This document shows, one piece after another, positions 1 to 10,024 of a stretch of 64,000 nt of DNA. The stretch lies in contig CAZDKL010000004.1 of the NCBI GenBank assembly GCA_964506185.1, positions 179 to 64,178 on the forward strand. The letters are read 5' to 3'. The translations under genes and the position numbers were made by a program. Below the pieces are notes generated by a model, which worked only from the letters and a program-made list of their open reading frames with translations, had not been told where the DNA came from and ran no database searches. The number at the start of each line of letters is the position of its first letter. Within the stretch, counting starts at the first letter, position 1. Origin of the DNA: an uncultured Candidatus Peribacteria bacterium. GTDB lineage: Bacteria; Patescibacteriota; Gracilibacteria; Peribacterales; Peribacteraceae.

Positions 1-377
1 ACTCATTTATTGCAACCGTGCACACAAGGTACACGGCAGTCCTTATCCCGAAGTTACGGACGTTGTTTTGCCGAGTTCCTTGACACGATATTACCCGTTC
101 GCCTTGGTCTACTCGACCACCCCACCGGAGTTGGTTTGCGGTACGGACTCACGGATTTCTGTGAGCGATGTTTTTCTTGGAAGCAGAAACAGCCAGACTC
201 TCCCGCCTTGCGGCGGACATTTGGTATCCACACTCAGCTCATCCGGGGGATTTGCCTCCCGGAATCAACACTTCATGTGTTACACGTGCAGTCAATGCAC
301 ACGCTCTGGTACTCCCGCTCCGTTACAACGCTCCTAGGATGACAGCATCCTTTTTCATTGACATGTTCCTCACCACT

Positions 378-469
378 TTGGAATCTAATTTGAATCTGGA
401 ATATGGAAGCTAGAATATGGAATATTATTCCAAATTCTAGATTCTAGATTCTAGATTCTAAATTCCAAA
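378..469. repeat. Simple-repeat hairpin forming an expansion segment inside the 23S rRNA
   Basis: The arm ttggaatctaatttgaatctggaatatggaagctagaatatggaat faces attccaaattctagattctagattctagattctaaattccaa. It lies between conserved 23S blocks (ggatttgcctcccggaatc ... ggtacaggaatattgacctg) that are ~150 nt closer together in E. coli. Confidence 0.8.
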
Positions 470-852
470 ATGGTAAGGAACAGAGGCCGATAAAACTATC
501 AGCTAACACCCTCTGGTGATCTCCATGAGGTACAGGAATATTGACCTGTTGTCCATCGGTTACGCCTTTCGGCCTGGCCTTAGGACCGACTAACCCCACG
601 CCGATTTACGTTGCGTGGGAAACCTTGGGGATTCGGCGGGCAAGATTTTCACTTGCCTAGTAGTTACTCATGCCAACATTCTCACTTCCGTCCGCTCCAC
701 AATACTTCGCAGTACTGCTTCACTGCTGAACGGAACGCTCCTCTACTGCGACCTACTAATGTAGGCCACTCATTGCTTCGGTTTATCGTTTCGCCCCGAT
801 ACATTTTCGGCGCACGAATGCAATCGACCAGTGAGCTGTTACGCTTTCTTTA

Positions 853-883
<31 letters not shown>

Positions 884-1852
884 TTGTCGATGCATTCGTA
901 CTACCTTTTCCACTGAACGATAATTAGGGACCTTAGCAGATGATTAGGGTTCTTTCCCTTTCGTCAACGGCAGTTAGCTGTCGCTGACTCACTCCCGATG
1001 CTGAAGAGTTGGTATTCGGAGTTTGTCAGGATTTGGTAGGTCGGAAAGACCCCCGCATCCAAACAGTAGCTCTACCCCCAACTGTATACATCGAGGCTGC
1101 CCCTAAAGGCATTTCGAGGAGAACCAGCTATCTCCGGGTTCGATAGGCTTTTCACCCCTAACCACAGGTCATCCCCCAGTCTTGCGGCACTGGTGGGTGC
1201 GGGCCTCCAATCGTGTTCCCACGACCTTCACCCTGCCCATGGTTAGCTCACCCGGTTTCGGGTCTTGCGCATGCGACTCAAAAATCGCCCTATTCGGACT
1301 CGCTTTCGCTCCGGCTTCGGCTTTTAGGCCTTAACCTGCCACATACGACAAACTCGTTGGCTCATTATGCAAAAGGCACGCCGTCACCCAATAAATTGGG
1401 CTCCGACTCTTTGTATGCATCACATTTCAGAGACTATTTCATCCCCCTTCCGGGGTGCTTTTCACCTTTCCCTCACGGTACTATCCGCTATTGATCTCTG
1501 TACCTATTTAGCCTTAGGTGGTGGTCCACCTAGATTCAGGCCGGATTACACGTGTCCGACCCTACTCAGGAAATCCCTACTGTGTATTACTTTTTCGGCG
1601 ACGGGGCTCTCACCCTCTTTGGCCGTCCGTTCCAGGATCGTTTGCCTAAAGTAAAAACAATCAGATATTGGGCTCCTACAACCATCCAAATTAATAATAT
1701 GGAATTTGGGCTGTTCCCTTTTCGCTCGCCACTACTAAGGGAATCTCTATTGATTTCTTTTCCTCTGTTACATGAGATGTTTCAGTTCACAGAGTGACCG
1801 TCTGGTCCTGTTTATGATTTCATTGAAGATTGATGATACTACTGATTCTTTG

Positions 1853-1912
1853 TTAGTGAGTAGTGAGTAGTGTGTAGGTTTCTACTACTCACTACCCACT
1901 ACACACTCGTTT
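1853..1912. repeat. Simple-repeat hairpin forming a second expansion segment in 23S domain I
   Basis: ttagtgagtagtgagtagtgtgtagg / ctactactcactacccactacacact lies between the conserved atgtttcagttc and ggtttccccattcgg blocks (~120 nt longer than E. coli). The 19-mer ttagtgagtagtgagtagt is identical to 17752-17770. Confidence 0.8.
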
Positions 1913-2099
1913 TCAAGGAAATAATAAACAGAACCAGACATCCTCCCATTACGGAGGACAGGTTTCCCCATTCGGAAATCCCCGGTTATAACGCCTGCCT
2001 AGCGGCTTACCGAGGCTTATCGCAGCTGGCCACGTCCTTCGTCGGAGTACAGAGTCGAGGCATCCATGTGATGCAATGAGTAACGTTCTTATGATGACT

Positions 2100-2203
2100 A
2101 TCGACAATCAACAATCAACACGCGCACTTCGTGCGCTTTCAACTACTCATAGTTGAATGTTGATTGTTGACAGTCCGCCAAAGGCGGACGTGTCGATTGT
2201 CGT
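2100..2203. repeat. Inverted simple repeats in the 23S leader
   Basis: cgacaatcaacaatcaaca ... tgttgattgttgacag ... gtcgattgtcg, plus the internal hairpins gcgcacttcgtgcgc and gtccgccaaaggcggac, lie immediately upstream (minus-strand sense) of the 23S 5' end. Confidence 0.6.
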
Positions 2204-2773
2204 TTTTTATCTGTTCACGTGTCACCCTCAAGGCGAGCAGGACATGCTCACACAAGATGTGACACAAAAATTGCATTTTTTTTGATCATACAAAGCTGGT
2301 ATATAAATTGTATGATCTCGGCCGGTGATCTAAATGACCGCAGGGGCGATTGAACACCGTAAAACCCTTCGACAAGCTCAGGGTTGTTTCTGCTTCGCAG
2401 AAACAAAAACGGGTGTTACGCACACCCGCAGAACTCGAGGAAATCCTCCCTTTTTTCAGGGTTTCGATTCCGGCGGCTGGGCGCAAAAACGCATAAAGCT
2501 AAGAGATTTTAGAGGCTGATTGGTTTCAGTCAAGAAAAAAGTGGCTTCCGGAGGCAAAAAAGTGATGTTTTTTGAGCTAACATCCGTAACTCGAAATGCG
2601 CCCTCCCCCCAGGGGTGGGGTATGGGCTCAGGGTGGCGGGCCGTCAGTATTGTGTCAGCCCTAAACACTTCGTCAATATCATCTCAAAATTTTCCGGCAT
2701 ATACCCCGACTTTTTGGCTTGTATTAGGACTGTTTGGCGTTCCACCCTCAAGCGGAACAGACTGCTTTTGAGC

Positions 2774-3520
2774 TTAATTAAGCCTTTTTCTTCCAACAAT
2801 CCCTTCAACAAAGAAAGGGGCATAAAAAGTACCTAAAATGTCCAATCCACCTTGTTGTTGAGCGAATAGAGCATCGTCAGCACTGCAACCGTTAAAGTAT
2901 CCTCCTCTCCCTTCAAACTGACGATATATCGACATCCAAGACTTAGAAGCAAATTGAGTAATTGGATTCCCATCCCAGCAGAAGTTATCAGCAATTAAAT
3001 GAATACCACCTAGTTTTAGAACTGCATTAACCTGCTCGGAAACTTCAACAAGATTATTAATGTGATGATGTACTGCAATACCAGTTACAACATCAAAACT
3101 ATTCGGTCCAAACTCTTTTAATATTTGTTCTGCAGGTAAATTAACAAACTCGCCACTTACTCTATTGTCATTCGACAATAGAAAATATGGAGGCTCTACT
3201 AAATCACAACCGGTAATATGAATCTTCTTGACCGAATCGGTTACTACTGATCGTATTATCAGATCATTCTTGTATCCCATACCACAACCTAAATCTAAGA
3301 TGCGAACTTCCTCAGGCGACTCATAAGAATGTTTTGCCAAAATTTTCCTGACTCTTCTCGGCATTGAGGGTTTAAGAATCTCGGCCCTCATGCGCCAAAA
3401 TCCTGGATGACACAATTTATTCCTGACTTCGTATGATTTTACTATCTGTCGCTGAACATCTGTTAAACAATTCTCTTCCAAAGACATAGGAGGAAGATTG
3501 TACACGAGGAATGCTGTCAT
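2774..3520 (-). CDS. Class I SAM-dependent methyltransferase
   Basis: Rossmann motif I ILDLGCGMGY, followed by ITGCDL and FDVVTGIAVHHHI (motif IV-like). The ORF opens with TTG at 3532; the first ATG is at 3520. Confidence 0.75.
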   Translation of the reverse strand: MTAFLVYNLPPMSLEENCLTDVQRQIVKSYEVRNKLCHPGFWRMRAEILKPSMPRRVRKILAKHSYESPEEVRILDLGCGMGYKNDLIIRSVVTDSVKKIHITGCDLVEPPYFLLSNDNRVSGEFVNLPAEQILKEFGPNSFDVVTGIAVHHHINNLVEVSEQVNAVLKLGGIHLIADNFCWDGNPITQFASKSWMSIYRQFEGRGGYFNGCSADDALFAQQQGGLDILGTFYAPFFVEGIVGRKRLN

Positions 3521-3522
3521 AC

Positions 3523-3606
3523 AACCTCTCAACCTATCAGCCTATCAGCCTATCAGCCTATCAACCTCTAACCTATAAACCTATCAACCTCTAACCTATA
3601 AACCTA
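3523..3606. repeat. Tandem simple repeats (cctatcag x3; cctatcaacctctaacctataaa x2)
   Basis: Direct reading of the sequence. A C/A-rich array with no complementary arm nearby fills the ssb/methyltransferase spacer. Confidence 0.85.
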
Positions 3607-4002
3607 TTAAGCAATCACCTCCTCCGGTACAGCTATATCCTCCACTGACTCAACCGGAGCATGCATTTCCCCCTTCGGTCCGAGCAGAACAATATTTTCG
3701 ACTACAACTTCTGTTCTGAAGATCTTGGTTCCTTCGGGACTATCCCAACTGCGAGTTTTTAAATAGCCCTCAATGAACAGAGGCTTTCCCTTCTTAACAT
3801 TTTCGGCGCAGAATTCTGCTAGTCCTCCCCAAGCCACAAGATTGTGGTACTCGGGAAGACTTTGTTTGTCGCCGGTTGAATCTTTCCAAACACGGTTGGT
3901 AGCGAGACCGAATGTGCAGACGGCCTGACCGTTGGTAGTGCTCTTTAACTCGGGATCGCGGGTTACGTTGCCGAGCAGCATTACTTTATTCACGGACTTC
4001 AT
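3607..4002 (-). CDS. ssb: Single-stranded DNA-binding protein
   Basis: Typical OB-fold SSB N-terminus: VNKVMLLGNVTRDPELKSTTNGQAVCTFGLATNRVWKD...YHNLVAWGGLAE...KKGKPLFIEGYLKTRSWD. Acidic C-terminus. Confidence 0.9.
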   Translation of the reverse strand: MKSVNKVMLLGNVTRDPELKSTTNGQAVCTFGLATNRVWKDSTGDKQSLPEYHNLVAWGGLAEFCAENVKKGKPLFIEGYLKTRSWDSPEGTKIFRTEVVVENIVLLGPKGEMHAPVESVEDIAVPEEVIA

Positions 4003-4063
4003 GGGTGCTAGGGGTAGGGGTAGAACGACGTAATCATAATGTCATTGATAGATCTTGGGAAGG

Positions 4064-4138
4064 ATTAAGACGTAAAAAGTAAGACATAAGACGTAAGATT
4101 TTTCTTAACTTCTTACGTCCTAAGTCTTACGTCTTAAT
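4064..4138 (-). terminator. Simple-repeat hairpin directly after the rpoB stop codon
   Basis: attaagacgtaaaaagtaagacataagacgtaaga / tcttacgtcctaagtcttacgtcttaat, with a T-rich loop (tttttc). The right arm abuts the rpoB stop codon (4138-4140). Confidence 0.6.
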
Positions 4139-7100
4139 CATGCTGCTTCTCTTGATTCTTCACTCACAGACTCTGCCATCTCTTCTTTTGCAGTTACTCC
4201 GGAAGCTTCTACCTCTTTACCTTCTTCTATTCCTTCTTTAACTTCTGATGAAGATTCAGATCCAACCTGAGGAAGATCAGAAAGCTCGGTAATCTTATCT
4301 TCGGATGGAACAATTTCTTCTGCCTCTTTTTCTGCAGCAACACGAGATTCTAATTCAACTTCTTCTATCTCTCCTTCCTCAATCGTCACGCGCTCTTCGG
4401 GCTCTATTTCATCTTTGAATTTGAGTAGATCAACTTTAAGTCCGAGTGCCTGAAGTTCCTTAACAAGAACATTGAAAGATTCGGGGATAGAAGGTCGGCG
4501 AATCTGTTCTCTCTTAACAATAGCTTCGTAGGCTTTGCTTCGACCAATAACATCGTCTGATTTGATGGTGAGCATTTCTTGAAGCGTGTGAGCAGCACCG
4601 TAAGCTTCCAAAGCCCACACCTCCATTTCTCCAAACCTCTGACCACCGTGTTGTGCTTTTCCTCCAAGAGGCTGTTGCGTAACCAATGAGTACGGCCCAA
4701 CTGACCTGGCATGTATCTTGTCTTCAACAAGGTGAAGCAGCTTAAGCATGTAAACCATTCCGACAGTAGTTTCGTGAGCGAATGGCTCACCAGTAAATCC
4801 ATTGTAGAGCTGAACTTTTCCGGAACGCGGCAACCCCGCAACTTCCAAGAAGTCACCGATTTTTTTAGCCGAGATTCCATCCAGCGCAGGAGTCGCAATT
4901 TTAATTCCAAGCGCCTGGCATGCCCAACCCAAGTGTGTTTCCAGAACTTGTCCAATATTCATACGCGAAGTTACTCCGAGCGGATTTAAAATAATATCTA
5001 CCGGAGTTCCATCTTTAAGGAATGGCATATCTTCGACTGGAACAATTCTGGCAATGACTCCCTTGTTACCATGTCGCCCTGCCATCTTATCTCCCTCTCT
5101 TATCTTTCTTGTCTGTGCAACATACACTTTAATCTGTTTGATTACTCCGGTTGGAAGTTCGTCTCCTTCTGATCTGTCGAAAATCTGAACGTCCACAACT
5201 TTTCCACCCGCACCACCTGGAAGTCTGAGTGAGCTGTCTTTTACGTCTTTTGCCTTATCCCCGAAAATGGCTTGTAGAAGCCGTTCTTCGGGTGTTAACT
5301 CGGTCTCGCCCTTAGGAGTAATTTTTCCAACAAGAATATCTCCTTCATGTACTGTTGCTCCTATTCTAACGATTCCATCGGTATCCAAATCTTTAAGTTT
5401 TGCTTCACCAACATTTGGAATATCTCGAGTGATCATTTCGGATCCTAGTTTCGTATCTCGAACATCGGTTACGTATGATTCAATATGAATTGAATCGAAC
5501 ATTCCGTCTTTCACCATTCGATCCGAAAGTATTACGGCGTCCTCAAAGTTATATCCTTGCCATGACATGTATGCAACAAGCAAGTTTTGTCCAAGTGCGA
5601 GCTCGCCATTGTCAACTGATGCACCATCGGCAAGACTCTCACCCTTTCGGACTTTTTGTCCGCGAAGAACGCGCGGTCGCAAACTAAAACATGTACCTTG
5701 ATTTGATCTGACAAATGAGTGTAAAGAATATGTTTGCTTACGTCCTGACTTGTAAACAACAGAGATTTCTTGCGCATCACTGTACACAATTTCTCCATCT
5801 TCCTCGGCAAGCAATGCATGCCCAGCTGATCTAGCTGCCAATCCTTCCATTCCAGTTCCAACAAGAGGAGCAGAAGGTTTTACCAGAGGAACTGCCTGTC
5901 GTTGCATGTTTGTTCCCATTGATGCTCGGGTATTATCATCGTGCTCAAGGAACGGGATTAGTGCAGTCGATAGCGAGAGAATTTGTTTTGGCGAAACATC
6001 AACGTGAGTAATGTCGCGTACATGAGACAGAATAGGCTCTCCACCTTTTCTTGCAGATACACGTGATGTTACAAACTCGCCAAATTCAGAGAATTTCGTT
6101 TGAGCTTGTGCAATTGAAAGACGTCGCTCTTGTTCGGCATCAGCATAAATAACTTTGCCGGTAACATAAGCTCGAACAGGCACATCCTTGAAATCCTGTT
6201 TCTTAAGTAGTGAAATTATTTTTTTCGCCTTCTCCTTGGTATCAATCACCTCACCCGCCCGAACAATCAATTTTCTATTGTCTCGCAAATCGACATCAAA
6301 CATTCTCCCCAACATCTTGTCTGGATCTAAAGGCACGCTGTGGCCAACTTCTCTATAAGGAGTTTCCAAAAATCCGTATTCATTAACTCGGGAAAAAATA
6401 GACAAGTGTACAACTAGCCCAATATTCGGACCCTCGGGAGTTGCAATGGGACATATGCGTCCATAGTGGCTTTGGTGCACGTCACGCACATCAAAGCTCG
6501 CACGCTCTCGCGAAAGTCCTCCTGGTCCCATGGCAGATAATCTGCGTTTGTGGCTGAGTTCTGATATTGGATTTGTCTGATCCATGAACTGGCTAAGCTG
6601 GGAGCTCGCGAAGAATTCCCTCATAGCTGCCGTTATAGGCCTGCAGTTAATAAGTTGCATCGGAGTTACAGTTTCCAAGTCCATAACGGTCATTCGATCT
6701 TTTACAATGCGTTCTGTTCTGATCAAGCCAACTCGATATTTATTCTGAACTAGCTCTCCAACACTTCTGACTCTTCTATTACTAAGGTGGTCAATATCAT
6801 CAGGAACACCTTCGCCATTATTTAATTTGATAAGTTCTCTTAAAATTTCAACAAAGTCTTCTACCTGAAATACCCTATGCTCTTCGTCGCTTGAAGTTTT
6901 AAAGCCGAATCTTCTGTTCATCTTGTATCTGGCAATTGCTCCCATGTCATACTTTTTAAAATCGAAGAACATTGCATCAATCAATTGCTTGGCATTTTCA
7001 GGTGTGGCCAAATCTCCCGGACGAACTTTGCGGTAAACACTTTGGTAAGCATCTTCGACTGTTCTCGCAGGATCTTTATCCAGAGTCGTAAGAATATAGT

Positions 7101-8151
7101 CCTTTTCTTTAGTGACTTCCGAAAATACATTAATAATTTTTTCATCGGTGTCGAAACCGAATATTCTTAGGAGTTGAGTAATGGGTATCTTTCTTTTGCG
7201 GTCAATCTTACAAGAGATGATTCCCCTTCTGTCAGTTTCAATTTCTAACCAAACTCCGCGCTTTGGAATAATTTTTGCAGCATGTAGTTTTGGATTGTCC
7301 GGCATTTTAGAGAAGAACACTCCAGGAGATCTAACAAGTTGATGAACAACTACTCGCTCAATACCTCCTACGATGAACGTACCGATATCTGTCATCAAAG
7401 GAATAGATCCCAAGAAGACATCTTGCTCCTTGATTTCTCCTGTCTCCTTATTAATAAGCTGAACATGGCCCTTCATAACAGATTCGAAGCTCAAGTTTCT
7501 TCTTCTACAAGTATCAGGATCGTATTTCGGAGGATCAAAAGTGTGTCCAAGCATACGCAGTTCCATTTTCTTTCCGGAGAAGTCCGTGATCGGTGAAATC
7601 TCACCCATCAATTCCTTAAGCCCTTCGGTAAGGAACCACTCATAACTCTTCACCTGCATTTCAACCAAAGAGGGAATAACCAAATCAGGCGCCTCATCTC
7701 CTGTAAAGAAGAGACGATCATTTTGATTTCCAACTGGTTTTAAATCTTCAGGAAATTGTTTTGTTACTGCAGGCATTTTCCCAGATGAAGGAATCGCAAT
7801 TGCTTCACTTGATGGAAGTACGCCTTGAGGAATAGTCATTTGATATTCCTTCGCAGCAGCTCTCTTCTTGGCCCCAATAATTTTGCGTTGTTCTTCTTTC
7901 TTTTTAGCTGCAGTTTTTTTGGGGGCAACTTTCTTAGGTGCTACTTTCTTAGGCGCTACTTTCTTGGGAGGAGTCTTTTTCGAGACAACCTTCTTCTTTG
8001 GAGCAGGCTTTTTCGCAGCTTTTTTCGGAGCCTTCTTTGCAGGGGCTTTCTTGGCTACCTTCTTCGTCGCTTTCTTTACTGCTTTCTTCACCTTCTTTAG
8101 AAGTTTCTTTTTTGGAGCCTTTTTGGCAGGCTTCTTCTTTTTTGCGGGCAT
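4138..8151 (-). CDS. rpoB: DNA-directed RNA polymerase beta subunit with a Lys/Ala/Pro-rich N-terminal tail and a Glu-rich C-terminal tail
   Basis: Conserved RpoB blocks: GTFIVGGIERVVVHQLVRSPGV, SQLSQFMDQTNPISELSHKRRLSA, GPGGLSRERA.FDVRDVH.SHYGRICPI.TPEGPNIGL, MGTNMQRQAVPL, NFEDAV, GDK.AGRHGNKGV, GEMEVWALEAYGAAHTLQE. About the first 125 aa are KKxAxKK/APKKV repeats. About the last 110 aa are acidic. Confidence 0.97.
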   Translation of the reverse strand: MPAKKKKPAKKAPKKKLLKKVKKAVKKATKKVAKKAPAKKAPKKAAKKPAPKKKVVSKKTPPKKVAPKKVAPKKVAPKKTAAKKKEEQRKIIGAKKRAAAKEYQMTIPQGVLPSSEAIAIPSSGKMPAVTKQFPEDLKPVGNQNDRLFFTGDEAPDLVIPSLVEMQVKSYEWFLTEGLKELMGEISPITDFSGKKMELRMLGHTFDPPKYDPDTCRRRNLSFESVMKGHVQLINKETGEIKEQDVFLGSIPLMTDIGTFIVGGIERVVVHQLVRSPGVFFSKMPDNPKLHAAKIIPKRGVWLEIETDRRGIISCKIDRKRKIPITQLLRIFGFDTDEKIINVFSEVTKEKDYILTTLDKDPARTVEDAYQSVYRKVRPGDLATPENAKQLIDAMFFDFKKYDMGAIARYKMNRRFGFKTSSDEEHRVFQVEDFVEILRELIKLNNGEGVPDDIDHLSNRRVRSVGELVQNKYRVGLIRTERIVKDRMTVMDLETVTPMQLINCRPITAAMREFFASSQLSQFMDQTNPISELSHKRRLSAMGPGGLSRERASFDVRDVHQSHYGRICPIATPEGPNIGLVVHLSIFSRVNEYGFLETPYREVGHSVPLDPDKMLGRMFDVDLRDNRKLIVRAGEVIDTKEKAKKIISLLKKQDFKDVPVRAYVTGKVIYADAEQERRLSIAQAQTKFSEFGEFVTSRVSARKGGEPILSHVRDITHVDVSPKQILSLSTALIPFLEHDDNTRASMGTNMQRQAVPLVKPSAPLVGTGMEGLAARSAGHALLAEEDGEIVYSDAQEISVVYKSGRKQTYSLHSFVRSNQGTCFSLRPRVLRGQKVRKGESLADGASVDNGELALGQNLLVAYMSWQGYNFEDAVILSDRMVKDGMFDSIHIESYVTDVRDTKLGSEMITRDIPNVGEAKLKDLDTDGIVRIGATVHEGDILVGKITPKGETELTPEERLLQAIFGDKAKDVKDSSLRLPGGAGGKVVDVQIFDRSEGDELPTGVIKQIKVYVAQTRKIREGDKMAGRHGNKGVIARIVPVEDMPFLKDGTPVDIILNPLGVTSRMNIGQVLETHLGWACQALGIKIATPALDGISAKKIGDFLEVAGLPRSGKVQLYNGFTGEPFAHETTVGMVYMLKLLHLVEDKIHARSVGPYSLVTQQPLGGKAQHGGQRFGEMEVWALEAYGAAHTLQEMLTIKSDDVIGRSKAYEAIVKREQIRRPSIPESFNVLVKELQALGLKVDLLKFKDEIEPEERVTIEEGEIEEVELESRVAAEKEAEEIVPSEDKITELSDLPQVGSESSSEVKEGIEEGKEVEASGVTAKEEMAESVSEESREAA

Positions 8152-8329
8152 AGGGATTAGATGAAAATAAACAAATAGACCGTGCTTGCTCTGAGCGAGC
8201 CCGAAGGGCGAGTCGAAGAGTGCCCTTAGGGAGAGTCATTCAGATGCAACACACAGATCTAATTACACAATCAAGACTACTGTGATCGAAAGAATCCTAC
8301 TCTAAATAAGTCTGAGGTCAATAATTATC

Positions 8330-8944
8330 TTAATCAATTTCAAAACTAGTTAACTTTTTTCCCGCCTCTTCCCAATCAACCACATTCCAAAATGCTTCAA
8401 CGTACTCCGGACGCCTGTTCTGATATTTGAGGTAATAGGCATGCTCCCATACATCAATACATAGTATTGGTTTTAGCCCTTGTGTAAGAGGAGAATCTTG
8501 ATTTGGGGTTTGAGCAATCTGTAGCTGATCATCATTACTGACTAGCCAAGCCCAGCCTGATCCAAATTGAGTCAAAGCAGCTTCAGTGAACTTTTCCTTG
8601 AATGAATTGAAATCACCAAATACTTCATCAATTGTAGATTTTAAATCCCCTTCTGGCTCTCCGTAATTCTGAGGCCCCAAGCATGTCCAGAATATATTGT
8701 GATTAAGCACTCCTCCACCATTATTTCTAATCGCTGAGCGTTTATCCTCGGGAATCTGATCCAGATCAGCAATGATTTCTTCAATGGATTTATCTTCAAA
8801 CCCTGTACCCTCAAGTGCTGCATTTGTCTTATCAACATAAGCCTGATGATGCTTGGAATGATGGATTTCCATCGTTTTGGCATCAATATGAGGCTCGAGT
8901 GCCGAATAATCGTATTGGAGTTCGGGGAGAGTTAGCATGATCAT
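8330..8944 (-). CDS. Fe/Mn superoxide dismutase
   Basis: [32 protein letters not shown] ... FGSGWAWL ... [18 protein letters not shown] are canonical Fe/Mn-SOD motifs. Confidence 0.95.
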   Translation of the reverse strand: MIMLTLPELQYDYSALEPHIDAKTMEIHHSKHHQAYVDKTNAALEGTGFEDKSIEEIIADLDQIPEDKRSAIRNNGGGVLNHNIFWTCLGPQNYGEPEGDLKSTIDEVFGDFNSFKEKFTEAALTQFGSGWAWLVSNDDQLQIAQTPNQDSPLTQGLKPILCIDVWEHAYYLKYQNRRPEYVEAFWNVVDWEEAGKKLTSFEID

Positions 8945-8987
8945 ATTCTAAGTGAAAAGTTAAAAGTTAAAAGTGATTTAGATTACA

Positions 8988-9881
8988 ATGCGATATATGA
9001 ATCTCTGGCAATCTCCTCAATGGCAAAAGTATCAGGAGTCTCTCGGGCGCGAAGTCCGTCAATACGACTCTTCACTTGTTGTTATCGATCGAACAACCGG
9101 AGGTTATTCGACGTGGGAAACGACTAGAGTTGAAAGTTGTAAGTTGAAAATGGATAGTGATTTAATAAAAACAATTGTTGAAGATGCAAAAAAGGATAAA
9201 TGCTTTGCCTTGTACTTTTCTTTGGAAAGAAATAAAACTTTCAACTTACCATTTACAACTTTCAACTCTTTTCGCCACATTGTTCCGGAAGCTACACGGA
9301 TAATTGATCTGACAAAATCTGAGGATGAAATATTGGCGCAGATGAAACAGAAGGGTCGCTACAACATTAAGGTTGCTATGAAACATGACGTTGTAGTTAA
9401 GAAGTCGACTGATGTTGATGATTTTTATGAACTTATAAAAAAGACTTCTGCTCGGGATCAGTTCAAGCCGTTATCTAAAGATAGATATGAAGCATTTTTA
9501 AATAATCTTGGAAGTTCATTCATGTTCATTGCTTACACACCAATTGAACATTGCCTATTGCCTATTGCTGGCCTAATCGGAGTGATTTATAAAGATCAGG
9601 GAATCTATTACTACGGTGCCTCTTCTTATGAACATAGGAACTTGATGGCTCCTTATCTACTCCAATGGGAAGCAATGAAATACTGCAAATCAAATGGATG
9701 TACTTCGTACGATCTATTTGGAATTGCTCCGCCTGAAAAACCTGACCATCCTTGGAAAGGCGTAAGTGAGTTTAAAGAGAAGTTTGGGGGAAGTATTGTG
9801 AGTTATCCAGAAGAAAAAATAATTGTTCTGAAACCATTGATATATAACTTAATACAAATAAAGAGGAAGTTATTTAAATAA
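8988..9881 (+). CDS. FemAB-family peptidyltransferase (lipid II amino-acid transferase-like)
   Basis: ATRIIDLTKSEDEILAQMKQKGRYNIKVAMKH, YYYGASSYEHRNLMAPYLLQWEAMKYCKSNGCTSYDLFGI and GVSEFKEKFGG follow the FemAB/FemX pattern (recognised from memory). Confidence 0.7.
   Translation: MRYMNLWQSPQWQKYQESLGREVRQYDSSLVVIDRTTGGYSTWETTRVESCKLKMDSDLIKTIVEDAKKDKCFALYFSLERNKTFNLPFTTFNSFRHIVPEATRIIDLTKSEDEILAQMKQKGRYNIKVAMKHDVVVKKSTDVDDFYELIKKTSARDQFKPLSKDRYEAFLNNLGSSFMFIAYTPIEHCLLPIAGLIGVIYKDQGIYYYGASSYEHRNLMAPYLLQWEAMKYCKSNGCTSYDLFGIAPPEKPDHPWKGVSEFKEKFGGSIVSYPEEKIIVLKPLIYNLIQIKRKLFK
9127..9268. repeat. Palindromic element embedded in frame in the femX-like CDS
   Basis: A perfect 16-bp inverted repeat, gagttgaaagttgtaa (9127-9142) / ttacaactttcaactc (9253-9268), has arms extended by gttgaaa-type simple repeats. 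It encodes the segment VESCKLKM...FNLPFTTFNS. Confidence 0.8.
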
Positions 9882-9890
9882 CTAATTAAA

Positions 9891-9952
9891 CCTCACCCCC
9901 GCCCTTAACAGGGCACCCCCTCTCCTTTTAGGAGAGGGGGAAGGGGGTGAGG
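9891..9952. terminator. Bidirectional nested hairpin between convergent femX-like and S-layer genes
   Basis: cctcaccccc (9891-9900) pairs with gggggtgagg (9943-9952). The inner ccccctctcc pairs with ggagaggggg around a tttta loop. Confidence 0.65.
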
Positions 9953-10024
9953 TAAAAATTAAGAATAAGAAAAAGACCTCCAGGATATGGAGGTCTTCTT
10001 CTATATAAACAACTAAGCGGGGTA

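Noticed and set aside
421-470. Regular short repeats (attctag x4), and cctatcag x3 at 3533-3556, that look superficially CRISPR-like
   Set aside because: The period is 7-8 nt with no spacers. There is no 25-40-nt repeat unit and there are no cas genes. They are arms of simple-repeat hairpins or tandem arrays.
2459-2488. The T-arm-like string GGGTTTCGATTCCGGCGGCTGGGCGCA, suggestive of a tRNA or tmRNA 3' end
   Set aside because: The flanks do not form a 5-bp T-stem or an acceptor stem. There is no cloverleaf and no CCA context on either strand.
4404-5864. Long ORFs overlapping rpoB (antisense or out of frame): 4404..4955, 5532..5864 and others
   Set aside because: They are fully contained in the conserved rpoB coding region.
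7825-8239. Three ORFs of 91-98 aa at the rpoB 5' end, two antisense and one same-strand out of frame (7825..8100, 7868..8164, 7949..8239)
   Set aside because: They are artefacts of the low-complexity Lys-codon repeats, which are open in several frames. The rpoB frame is continuous with the conserved core.
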